From: Negaprion brevirostris
Taxonomy: Eukaryota
NCBI GenBank assembly: GCA_030324005.1
Contig: JARDVH010000106.1
Span: 50,570,895 to 50,634,894, forward strand
Reading direction: 5' to 3'
DNA length: 64,000 bases
Made by a program: the position numbers and the translations under genes
Shown: in pieces, positions 26,099 to 38,153 of the stretch
How the letters are laid out: the number at the start of each line of letters is the position of its first letter
How positions within the stretch are numbered: the stretch's first letter is position 1
Notes under the pieces: generated by a model
The model's database searches: none
What the model was told of the DNA's origin: nothing
Seen by the model: only the letters and a program-made list of their open reading frames with translations

Positions 26099-27276
26099 CT
26101 GTACAAGACAAGTCATGAAGATTGAGAGGGATAAAGGGGCAAACCTCTGAAAACCTACATCACAACCCCAGCACACACGTAAGACGCCACAACTAGATAC
26201 AACACAAAGCACATTTCTTAAACATTTATCTAGCTATTTCACATCACTAGGGTAAAGTATAGAATTAAAAAAAAATCCAACAAAACATAGGAGCAGCTGA
26301 CACCTTCATGAAACCCAGAGATTCATGCACAGACAATCCTGCACAGACATCATTGGTGGGATAGCACTAAGGTGAGAAAATAATTCACAAGTTCTTCAGT
26401 TTTGCTGTGATGTATGTCCCCGGGTTGCCCACAAGTTTGGTTCAAGAATATCACTCCCACCCAAAGAATAATGGACCTTAACAGAACCAGTAGGTGTCAA
26501 AATAAAACCAGTTACTGGATGGATGCCTGTTGGACTATTAAGATTGTGAAGACAAGTTTATGATACCAAGCAGGATTTTATTCTTTCTGTATTCCCACTG
26601 GCTACATTCATAAGCTCCTGAAACCTCAGACTACTCAGGTGTTTGAATGTTAACATGAAGCTTCTAAAATGCATTCTTTCAAAATAAATATACTGCATGT
26701 GAGGAGAATGTTTTCTGTAAGGAAAAAGAAACCTTACAGGCTGAGTTACGAAACATTTTCATTTTGTGCATTTTAAACAACAACATGAAGGCTTGAGTTT
26801 AATTAAGTATCTTCTTCCATCTTTTAGTTTGTTAAAAAGGATAATAATGTTCAATTCTCACACTGCAACACCTTTGCACAATTGAGCTGTAACAACTGGA
26901 ACAGATTGGTACTATTCCATCTCCAATTCAACTACACCAAATAAATGATGCAGTTGATTTATCCCAGATGAATATTATTTTGAAAACTGATTAAGATTTA
27001 CATTTTCTGAGATGAAGAATTAAATTGGAGCTGTGCAAATTTTCATCTTCTCCAAGTTGGTATAAAAATTTTAACAACATGACACGAGGTTTTACATGCA
27101 AGCTCCTTCCAAGTCTTATTTTCTCATTCTGCTCCTCCATTTATGCCACACCACATACACTGAATGAGGAATGCACTTTCCACATTGAAGCCACATTGTC
27201 TACATCACCTCCTGTGCCTCAACAGCTAGTTTGAGTAAGAAGTGACTGGGATATCCTCATATTACTCTCCTCTTCA

Positions 27277-27584
27277 GCAGCACGGTGGCAGTGTTTAGCA
27301 CTGCTGCCTCACAGCGCCAAGGACCCAAATTCAACCCCGGCCTTGGGTGACTGTGTGGAGTTTGCACATTCTCCCCGTGTCTGCATGGGTTTCCTCTGGG
27401 TGCACCCACTTCCTCCCACATTCCAAGATATGTGGGTTAGATTGATTAGCCATGCTAAATTGACCGTGTCAGGAGAATTAGGAGGGTAAGTATGTGGGGT
27501 TATGAGGATAGGACCTGGGTAGGATTGTTGTCAGTGCTGACATGATGGGCCAAATGGCCTCCTTCTGCAATACAGATTCTATGA
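27277..27584 (+). mobile_element. HE1-type V-SINE, near full length
   Basis: gcagcacggtggcagtgtttagcactgctgcctcacagcgcc...ggagtttgcacattctccccgtgtctgc...gattctatg. Confidence 0.88.
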
Positions 27585-28234
27585 AACGACTTCATCTGTT
27601 TTCAATACTTGAGGACTGAAATAAGATCATGATTTCAATGTTTTACAGGGATAAAACCTGACAGCATTGCAGAATGCGATCAGACACCAATCTACCCCAT
27701 TTAAACAATGGGAATGCCTCAAGTTTAGAGGCACTTTCTACTATGCTAAAACTACAAGTATAGGAGATATTAGCCATTAAGCCTACTACAAAAGCTTGAC
27801 TTTTGAGATTGTGGAAGGCAAATATTCTAACGTCAAAGTTAAATGAAAACTTTTTAGCAAATGTTCGCTCACAATCAAACTCTCCACAACAAATGAGTCA
27901 CACACAGTACTTTGTACAAAACATGGTTGTTTCTTCATGGGCTTGAAGAAACGAACAAGTCACACATTGTAACCTGTAACACAAAGAGTTGGTGTTAATG
28001 TCACTAATTATGGTCGATACTTTTTCCACTGGTTCCAGTTGTTTGTTTTCCACTCCACTCAATCTGAGTCAAGTCACTAGCTCAGTAATGACTAAAACAC
28101 AGTATCACATGAAATACCATTTACACCAAATTAAAACAAATTACTTGGACAACTTTCAAAAAAATTTGTGTTTTGCAATTTCTCTGCTGCTCCCTTATAA
28201 AAACACTCCATAACTTCAACACTTAATCTAGGCT

Positions 28235-28480
28235 AGCACTTCAGTGCATTACTGAGGTATTATTAGAGATGGCATCTTTTGCAAAGAAGCTGAGGTTCTA
28301 CCTGCCTGCCATAGTGGCTACACATATCCAAGAGGAGAAGAATTCTCTGGGCCAACATTCCTCCTTTAGTCACATCAGAATAAACAGATTTTTGGTTGTT
28401 TCTGTATTTGCTTTTTGTGGCTTCAGCATCTGGCTACAGAAGTGTCATCTTCAACTGTCCCTAGATTCAATTCAGTCATG
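28235..28480 (+). mobile_element. Ancient Deu-domain SINE
   Basis: cacttcagtgcattactgagg...gagatggcatctttt...ctgggccaacattcctcc. Confidence 0.5.
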
Positions 28481-28559
28481 AGTTTCTGACTTGGATCTGC
28501 AGGTAACTAAACAGGCCACTACACAATTCAAATATCTTTGGGCACATGGGGCAGGATGT

Positions 28560-29530
28560 CCCAGGAGATATACAGATCTAGGGTGCAAGATTTGCTTCCT
28601 TTCCTTCTCTGCCACCACTCTGTCTCATCATTAAGACTTTGCATCCATTCTAATGGACAAGTTGCTGCTATTTTGAATGATTAGTAGCAAGCTCCTCAGT
28701 CATTAATGTCAATTCTACTGAACTTCAAGGAGAGTTTCAAAGTGCCGTTGGACCATTTCCTTTGTCCTTCTTGGAATATCCCATCATTTGGGAGCTGAGT
28801 GAGCAGCACATAGGGAGGAGATGCTCTCCAGCCATTTGATCAGAGTATCTATTTCAGTGAAGTTGATTTTATAGGACTTTTGCCCAAATGCTTGTGGAAA
28901 TGGCTTTAAGAACAGTCCGCTCATGAAATCCAGAAGATGCAACTGGAGCATCACTGCTGAAATTTCCTGAGCGCTCTAATATGTTGCTGATACATGGTCC
29001 AGGTTGCACTGCAATACAGGAGTGTGTGTTATTTGCTCGCCACAATAGAACTTTTGTTGATTTGGCGGTATTTGCTATCTACTGCGCTTTGCAATAATTC
29101 ATAGAAAGCCAAGCTAGCGTAGGTGATTCAGTGTTGGATCTATTTGTCAATGGTGATCTTTTGATAATTGTCTCTGTCAAAGCATGGGAATTGCTCAGCA
29201 TATTCAAGAACCTCTCCTTCAACATATATGGGAGGTAGAAAATTTCACTAACCAGATGTGCGTCAATCTGAGTTTTGTTTTGGCCACATTTAAAGACAAG
29301 CAGAGTTTCTTGTATGAATGATTGACAGTGGGTTTGCAAATCTGATGTACAATAGATGAAAAACTGTAGATCATGCATGGTCAATTTAGTTTTGGCACGG
29401 TAGTGGCTGAGGTTAGGGTTTTTCCATTTGCATGGTCTAACACCGACACTAGCAGGCAGAAGATCTTTGACCATGTGAATAGCCACCATCAAATAGATTG
29501 TAAATAGCATGGAGACTTTTGCAGATGCAG
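28560..29530 (-). mobile_element. RTE-clade LINE relic
   Basis: Minus-strand translation near 28930-29010 gives ATWTMYQQHIRALRKFQQ, resembling the RTE motif ETWTLYRRHIKALEQFHQ; heavily decayed. Confidence 0.6.
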
Positions 29531-29949
29531 ATCAAGATTTTGAAGGGAACTGTTTCAGATCTCTCAAGATAGTTGCCATTATACTATCAAGAAACAATGC
29601 AAGATTGTGATGAAGTTTTTTGGACATCAAAACTTTTGAAGAACAATCCATAGAACCATTTAGTCAAATACTTTGGTCGTGTTGAAGCTTATTGTTTTTC
29701 CCCCATTCATTTGATTGCTTGTCGCAACTCTCCCATTGACGCGTGTTCGCTCTTGGACACCGTCACAGTACTGCTGAGCAGTTGGAATGCTGCCTTCCTG
29801 ACTGGTCACCTTGGATTGTTTTGACAGGCAATGTAGGCTGCTCATTTTTGTTCCAGATGACTTTCAGCATAATTTTCATCGAATCAGTCACAAATACGTT
29901 GATTCAGCTATTGGTTGATTGAGCAAGAGTATTTCAGGACCAGGATTTC

Positions 29950-30540
29950 AAACCCAAAGTCATGATAAAAGGTTTATCAGATAGCAGTGATCCCTATGCT
30001 GTTATATACTTCAGAGACTCGAACAACCTCCAGCTCGGCACTTCATAACACTGGACAAGAGTTACTAGCAGTGTCTTTGTAAAACCCTCCAAATCCAGTG
30101 GCAAGAAAAGTTATCCAAGAGCAGCAGCCTCTGCCAGGCCAAGGAGCCCAATGAGATACTGATTATTTAAAAACAGCTCCACTGACTCGGACATGTCATT
30201 CACATGCCTGACAAAAGACTTGCACCTGCAAAGAACTCCAGAAATGATCAAGCATCTTTGCCAGCTCACAAGAGACCCTGCCTTGGGCCCAACCAAAGTG
30301 GAGATGGCTCATCCAGGAAAGCACCAAACAGAGACCTTTTCAGGAATACACGTGGGTGAAATTCAGAAGGAGCATGCAAATGTTCAAGCAACCCATCTAA
30401 CCAATCCTTCAACCAAACGTGGCAGATTTCACACTGGACTTATCAGCCAACTCAGCACCATTGAGCCAGAACGGAAGCAAATTATCCTTGATCCCAAGGG
30501 ACACCTTAAAGCTAATGTGGCAAACGTCATGATTCCAGGT
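29950..30540 (+). mobile_element. RTE-clade LINE relic
   Basis: tgactcggacatgtcattcacatgcctgacaaaagac = *LGHVIHMPDKR (RTE WLGHVxRM motif); agggacaccttaaagcta = RDTLKA. Confidence 0.5.
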
Positions 30541-30559
30541 GTGCTGTCGAAGGAAACTT

Positions 30560-31640
30560 GACATTCTGTATTGGGTATGCATTGCTGCCACTGTGCAGTG
30601 GTGGTGGGCATGGATGTTTAAGTTGATCAATGGAGTGGCAATCAAATGGGGTGGCTTAGTACCGGATGGCACCAAGCTTCGAGTGTTGTCAGAACTGAAC
30701 TTATCCAGGAAACAGAAGTATTCCATCACACTCCTGTCCGTCTTTCAAAGAACAAAGAACAACACAGCACGGGAAACAGGCCCCTCGGCCCAATGAGCCC
30801 GCGCCGCCGTCCCAGTGTTTCAGTAACCTNNNNNNNNNNNNNNNNNNNNNNNNNNNNNNNNNNNNNNNNNNNNNNNNNNNNNNNNNNNNNNNNNNNNNNN
30901 NNNNNNNNNNNNNNNNNNNNNNNNNNNNNCAAGCCAGTTCTCCACCCATCTACATACCTGGCCTTGTATCCCATGAGCCTTCACCTTTTCTATCAGCCTA
31001 CCATGACGGACCTTGTCAAACGGTGTCTAAACTCGAGAAGCAAGAAGTGAGTTACTATGCTCAGAAGTCCCAGCCTCTGACCTGCTCTTATAACCACAAT
31101 ATTTTTATTGCTGGCCCAGTTCAGCCTCCATTCAATGGTAACATTAAGCTGCTGATAGTGGGGATTCAACAATGGCGCTATTGAACATCAAAGGGAGATG
31201 GTTAGAGACTCTCTTGTTGGAGATAGTCTGTCGGGCACTTGTGCCATGTGAATGCTACTTGCATTTAACAGCCGAAGTCAAGATACTGTCCAACTCTCGC
31301 TGCATATAAACATGGACTACTTCTGCATCAGAAGAGTACTGAATGGTGGTGAACATGTCAGTGAGCATCCCTACTTCTGAATTTGATATAGGAAAGGGCA
31401 TTAATGTTGCAGCTGAAGAGGGTTCAATCTCGTACAATACCCTGAGGAGCTCTTGCTGAAGGCTCTTGGGACTGAGGTGCTTGGCTTCCAACAACCACAA
31501 GTATCCTTCTTATACTCCAACCAGTGGAGAGAGCTCCTCCTTGTATCCACCCTGGGCCTCTTGATGCCACGTTCAGTCAAATGCTGACTAGAGGTCAAAG
31601 GCAATGAGAGGAGTAAAGATTGTCTAGGGCACTTGAACTC
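30560..31640 (-). mobile_element. CR1/L2-group LINE fragment, interrupted by a younger insertion and gap at ~30745-31040
   Basis: Same family as 61320-62290 in the opposite orientation (ctctcttgttggagatagtc, gctggcccagttcag, ctgaggagctcttgc); decayed PQG/FTD motifs. Confidence 0.65.
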
Positions 31641-31649
31641 CATGTTATG

Positions 31650-31815
31650 GGACCCTTTTGTCTAATTGAGCAGGAAGGGGCATCTGTTTAATAACCCCAA
31701 GAGGGTACTTCTGACAGCACACCACTTCCCCATGCACTAAAGGGTCAGCCTGGATAGTGTGCTGAGTGTTCTGATTCAGAGGCAAGAGTGTTAGCACTGA
31801 GCCAAGCTGACACCA
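31650..31815 (-). mobile_element. Ancient Deu-domain SINE
   Basis: ctgacagcacaccacttcccc..gtcagcctggatagtgtgct..ttctgattcagaggcaagagtgttagcactgagccaagctgacac. Confidence 0.6.
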
Positions 31816-32756
31816 TTGTTTCAGTGAACACCTAAGAACATAAGAAATAGGAGCAGGAGTAGGCCATCTAGCCCTTCGAGCCTGCCCCGCCATTCAATAA
31901 GATCANNNNNNNNNNNNNNNNNNNNNNNNNNNNNNNNNNNNNNNNNNNNNNNNNNNNNNNNNNNNNNNNNNNNNNNNNNNNNNNNNNNNNNNNNNNNNNN
32001 NNNNNAGTCCCCCCTCTCATCCTCTAAGGGTCCAACGTTCACCCTAGCCAGCCTCTTCCTTTTTATATATTTATAAAAACACCCCATTCAATGAGCAAGG
32101 ACCAACACTAAAATCATGACAATAACGTTCAATGTGAACTATTAAAAATTCTAAAATCTACCCACTAATAAATTCCTCACATCTGGCAAAATACAATGTT
32201 AGGATTCATGAATCCAAATCTCAGACCTTAGCCAGTCTTCCACAGTTTCAGCTCTAACTATAGATTTATTGAAAACACCCCAAGCATATGGAGCTATGGC
32301 AAATTGGCTGAAAATTCCCACAATTTATTTTGACCTGTCTATTGACAAGCAGTTAAGCCTTTGCCTTACTGCTTCTAGCATAAAGCAGGCTGTTAAAGCA
32401 CAAATATAGCACAATTGCTGACTTAGAAAATTGAATGCGGGGATCATTTTGCAGCACTTTTGGATAGGTAGAGCAGCAGCAAAATTCAGCGTTCAAAAAG
32501 ATATCTTCAATGACATTGCTCATGGAAATTGGAAAGCTTCTGCACCAAAAGCACAGCCTTTGAGCTGAACTCGATCCTCAAGGAATAAATTCAATGTAAC
32601 TCTTATGGCTAATTTGAATTAGCTTTTGAAAAGTATCTCATGAAATTGTGGCTGAAAAAGTATATAGATCAATTAAATGAAAAAGCTGAATGACTGAAAC
32701 ACTGGACAATCTGACTGGTTTGGTTTTTACCCTCCCAGGTGATAGATTTTCTTCTG

Positions 32757-32922
32757 AACAGGTTTATTTGGAATCACGAGCTTTCTGCGCACTACTTCTT
32801 TGTCAGGCATCACTCACCTGATGAAGGAGCAGCACTCCAAAAGCTCGTGATTCCAACTAAACCTGGTGTTCTGAGACTGCTTACTATACCTATCCCAGGC
32901 CAATTGCTAGCACTGCCACACC
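32757..32922. mobile_element. Palindromic Penelope-terminus-derived element with two opposed degenerate hammerhead cores
   Basis: caggtttatttggaatcacgagcttt ... aaagctcgtgattccaactaaacctg inverted arms; plus-strand TCAC-CTGATGA-AGGAGC..CTCC-aAAAGCTC-GTGA. Confidence 0.7.
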
Positions 32923-32989
32923 TGTGCTTCCTCGCTGGTATTGCATTTTAAAATCACAATATTTTGTGTGAATATATAAAATATTCACA

Positions 32990-33290
32990 TCCCTAACCTC
33001 CTCCAAGCTAACCACACTCTCAGGTCTCTGCACTTACCCAGTTGAAACCACAATGACATTTTAATTGCTCTATTACTAGTGACTGCATTTTCAGCTGCCA
33101 AGGTCCAAACTCTGGAGATGTCTCCTAAACCTCTGCACTTATTAGCTTAGGACACTCCCTAAAATCTGTCATCTATATTAATATTTATTTACGTGGCTTC
33201 ATCTCAAATTTTATTTGAAATCACTTATGTTGAGCATCTGGAGATATTTTACTATGTCAAAGATATTACATAATGCAAGTTCTTGTTACG
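32990..33290 (+). mobile_element. L2-type LINE 3' tail
   Basis: ttttaattgctc...ttcagctgccaaggtcc...ttttactatgtcaaag..aatgcaagtt; same family as 46880-48045. Confidence 0.55.
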
Positions 33291-35469
33291 ACATGACTAC
33301 CAGATCATCTGTGGTATTGCTTAAGATATTATTTTATAAATGAATAAACACGTTACAAGATGTATTAGTATGACTTAATGATGGTAACTACATAGTATTT
33401 TGGTAATTTTATGCTGTGAAGCTTTTGAAAATACCCCAAGTGAATTATAGTTGCTATGGGAGTAAAAGTTCTTCCTTTATATCAAGTTGTTCAGTGGTAG
33501 CTTGTCCACTCCCATTGTAGTTCATATCTTGCTGTTTCAAGATCGTGCTTTGTGGGCAGCACTCACCGCTTGAGGGAAGCAGCGCAAGCTGATATACTAT
33601 ATTTAATATACCATACCAAAAAGTCTTGCATGGTATTGCTTGAGATATGTAATGCATTTAAGAGCTAGGCTAAATAATTGTGTCCCTTTACCGAAAAAAC
33701 TCATTCAGCACTTCACTTTCCAACCGCAGGCCTTCCCTGCTTTTGTCTCTTATTTAAACATAATTAGTTACCACCATTAAAAACTTTCAGACATCCTACC
33801 AAGAGTTTGCTAGGCAGTGGCAACTTTTCAGTGCAATTCATCTGAAATTGATGTGCCCAACTAAACCTAAAAGAATTTTAAGCAAAAATTACATTACAGG
33901 CAAACCAAATTTCCACAATTCTGTGTGCTATTTTAAAGGCAATGCATAAGTAAACCACGTCCCAGGACAAATTAATAACTGTTGAGAGTTCCTGCTAAGT
34001 ATCATTTACATGCTTTCATAAAAGCCCTAAAAATTAAGCTGTTGATGTTGGGCACCAGGAGACACTTAAGNNNNNNNNNNTAATCTTTAAAAATTTAGTA
34101 CAGAACTGACACCAGTAAAACTAGCATGTTTTTTAAAAATATTTTCAGCAATTTAAAATCAGTTGACTCAGGTGGTGGACTGACACTATCACAAATGATA
34201 CAAACAGTACTTTCAGCTAGCCATTTAATCAAACTGAACCTAGTTACCACTCAAATTTATCTTGAAGCAAAACTTGTTTTTTTTAAGTTAATTTTAAAAC
34301 AATGCACAATTGTTTTAGGTCATGGCTGATTGTGCATTCTATAAACTAATCTGAGCAGAAACCAGAGAAAATAACATTCAAGAAAGGGACAATTTGCATC
34401 AGAATTGCTGAGTTTACTTAAAACAGAAATGATACATGCCATACTTTGGTATTTTGTGCAGCTATTTTCTGTTTCTTGATAAGAGTTGAAAAGAAACAAA
34501 GGTAGCTTGAGAAATTTGAATGTCAGGGTTTTGGTAGGTTAAAGTTAAGGCTGTAAGTGGCAACAGACCATTAAACCTGCATATTTAATGCTGTGAAATA
34601 TTGTTTTTTGTTCAAAACCAAACTTGTCCCATCTGAGTGAAAAATGACAAAAACATTGCCCAGGGCATTCAAGTGATTTAGATGAACAATAAGACCAAAT
34701 ATTAAGTGACAAGAGGTTGTAAATCAAGAAACTGTGCAAGTGTAAACATAATTGCAATTAGTAATTCGTGCTTGAATTTTAGTTATAACTTCAGGCATGC
34801 TACAAAAAAAATCCATTTCTTTTGTGAGTAATGCCACAAATCAAAGAATGATGCAGCACAGATGGTGGCGATTTGGCAGGATGTATTTGCACTAGTAATT
34901 CATCCCATTCCATGTTCTTTGCCAATAGCCCCACAAATATATCCCCTTTAAAGTATTGATCCAATTTTCTTTTCAAAGTTATTCTTGAAGCTGTTTTCAA
35001 CACTCTTTCTGATAGCGCATTTTAAGTCATAACTTGTATAAAACAATATTTTTCCTCACATTGCCTCTATTCTTCTGTCAATTCCCATGAATCTGCATCC
35101 TCTAATTACCAGCCCTTCTTTCAGTGATTTTTTTTAAACAAATCATTTGCAGTGTTTCAAAATCACTTCTGTAGGAGGTCAGACCTGTTGAGTTTATCCA
35201 GCATTTTCTGTTCTTATTCTGGCAGTGGATTGACACCAATGAAAAATGCTTTACAATAAACCCACTTTCAGTTGTTTTATCAAACTATACTTAATTATCC
35301 TTGAAATATATGAAGGAACATTTTTAAAGCATGCTCTTTAAAATATACATTTTAAAATGATGCATGATTGCACAAATTCATGACAAGCTTTTTATTTAGC
35401 AGGAGTTTAAGTAGCAACTAGGAAAATGTACATTCAGAACGTGCACAACTTGTGTCAGGTCTCTGATTT

Positions 35470-37500
35470 TGCGCAACTTTTCATTCACTTTCTCAGTTCA
35501 ATCTCAAGTAACTCAGATCTTTATTCCTCTGGTAACATTCTAGTAAATGTCCTCTGCACCCTCCTNNNNNNNNTGCTTGACCTCTTTCATGAAATGTGGT
35601 GCGCAGGATTGAATGAAATCCTCCAACTGGAGCGAAATCAGTGTTTTGCACAAGCTCGCCACCACCCATTGCTCTCTGCCCCTTAGCCAATCTGATACCC
35701 ATGTGGCCACTGCCTCTTTAATTCTACATTGTTAACAAGTCTATTATGTGGAACTTTATTACATGCTTTCGGAAAGTCCATAAGCAAAAGTCCTTTTCTT
35801 TAATTAAGGTGGATGCAGAGGGTTGATTTCGCACCTCAGCTGTACCCTCTGCCTCTAAAGCCATCTTTTTAAAGTAATGTTTTGGGTTCCATTCAATATT
35901 ACCGGCTTATCTATTTTCACACTTCTTTCTCAGCCCTTCTTTTCCTTTTCCCGTTTTCCAATATTTTTATATTTAGCTTAGTCATTTACCTGTCAATCTT
36001 TGATTCCAATCCACCTGGGCAAAAGCCCTTTATAATTCAATGAAATTATTGCTCCTCTAATTGAATATTTTCACATTTGATATTTCACTGTCATATTCTG
36101 TAACGACTCTAAGCCTAATAATATTGTGATCACAGTTATCCAAATATTCTCCCACTATTAACATCTGCCTTAGTCTTTAACACTTTCACCACCACAAACT
36201 TTTCCTTAAGGCCACCTCATCTTTGTCATTTAATCTCTCCTGAGCTCCAACTTGTCCCTGACTTTCTATTTTGTTCCACCTGCTCTCTTCAATAACAAAA
36301 TCCACGACACTGCAACTGCTCTTCAGTTCTAAAGAACTATATAGACTTAATGTTCAACTCTTGTTTCTCTCTCCACAGATGCTGCCAGACCCCCCAAGAT
36401 TTCCAACATTTCCCTGTTTAGTATTCTCTTATGTGCTTGAAATATCTTGGTTAACTATTTGCTTTACAATTCCCTTGTCTGCATGATCTCCATTTCTGAA
36501 CTATTCTTTACTATCGGGGTTTGTCTTTGGCACTGTTTTGCACAACTTGCATCTCCTCTAATTCTTCATCCTGGTGTCCTTCCCCACTAAATTAGCATTT
36601 TATAACATACAGTAGCTTCGATAGTTAGAAGTGTCCACAAACAGACTTTCAAACAGAGCAGGTTTTCAAACACATGGAAGGGTTGAGGCTAGGTAAAGAT
36701 ACAACTAAGTTAACCCAAAAAAAATACATCCTTGTGACAGGATAGTCTGTCTAACGGCAAGGTAGCATATGATCATTAATTGTTTACAACCATTGTTCCA
36801 GTGTAACTGCTCTGAACTAGGGATCACAATATCAACTTTTTCGAATCTACAAAAATAGGGATAAAGGTTATTTGTCAAAACTACCTTCAGGAGGATAGAG
36901 AATAGAAATATGGACATTAGATAAAATTTAATGAAAATAAGTAAGCAATTCATTTTGGAAAGAATAAACAAAAGCATACAGACTAAAGACTAAAATTTCT
37001 AAAAGGGGTAGAGAAACAAACACTTAGGGATTCAAAATTTCACACCTTTATAACTGGGAAGCTAAGTTAATAAGATCAGGGGAAAAAGTTTGAGGTTCTA
37101 GATTTCATGAATGGGGTATCAAGTACAAAAGCAAAAAGTTAATGTCTGGTTTTAAGTATCTGTCTTCAGGATAGATACCATTGAGGTTGTGGAAGCTTGG
37201 TTAGATTAGTTTAATTAGGGCCTCATAGTTCTCAATAAAAGCTCAAAAAGCAATCAGGTGGAGAAATCTAAATCTGGAAGTAACCACGAGAAAAAACAGA
37301 TTTCACTAAACAACTAACCAGTGACATAGAAAGATAAATTTATCACAAAAACATCAAGGAGATTTGACAGTCAGCAGCATATAGAATATCCAAACAAAAG
37401 AAGTGGATGGATTTTTTTAATATATAGGTTGAGATGGATCTAGATTGATTGTTCTTTCATGCATCTGGAATAGACGTAAGGGGCCAAATTGTCATCCCAA
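35470..37500. mobile_element. Cluster of highly decayed CR1 fragments (minus ~35470-36150, plus ~36720-37500)
   Basis: tctagtaaatgtcctctgcaccctc, tggaactttattacatgctttcggaaagtccat, atggacattagataaaatttaatg...aattcattttggaaag. Confidence 0.55.
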
Positions 37501-38060
37501 GATCTTGCAAAAGTGATAGAATTCATAATTTGTACTTATATCTGTGTCATACTTTCAAAACATAGTTACAGATCTAATCAAAGGCCTAACTTGATCTATT
37601 TTACTTTCTTACTAGATTAAACCTGACTCAAATTGTGTATTGTATCTTACTCAAAACAACCCCACTTCCTCTCCAACATCTAACTAATTGAAATTGCAAT
37701 GAAACAACCTACCCTCTAACGCATTTTATGTAGTTCAAGTACAGGCATAAGTAGACTGAATTTTATCCCATCAATTCTATTAAGAAAATATTCTCATTGA
37801 ATGGAGGCTACCTCCACTCTAATACCATCCATAAGTTTACTTCTCTATTATTTGGGTATAGATGGATAATCAAGATAGCTGAACAGAGGTATTTCCCATT
37901 TTCTCATGGATGTGGCATGTGAGTTAATGATTAGGATAGGCATTTTCTAATCCATAGTGCTATCCCTGTTATCGGTTAAAAGTCAAAAAAGTCTAACACA
38001 TTTGTAAGAAAATAAACATCAAGAACAATATTGAACATAGAGTATCAGTCAGTAACTTAC

Positions 38061-38153
38061 CTTTTTTGCTATGCTTTGGGGGAACAGCTCCTACAGGGCC
38101 AGTAAGTCCAATGTTGTCATAAAAATTATTAATGGCTTTTGGGTCAAAGTTCC
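38061..38153 (-). CDS. TAB3: TAB3 coding exon (not in ORF track)
   Basis: atttcag|GG...AAAG|gtaagt; 93 nt, phase 1 to 1. Reads (G)NFDPKAINNFYDNIGLTGPVGAVPPKHSKK; compare human GNFDPKAMNNFYDNIEPGPVVPPKPSKK. Confidence 0.94.

Noticed and set aside
33567-33596. 30-nt in-frame micro-exon (VYQLALLPSS) ending in GCG|gtgagt on the minus strand
   Set aside because: The donor is good, but the acceptor lacks a polypyrimidine tract and the peptide has no similarity to TAB2/TAB3.
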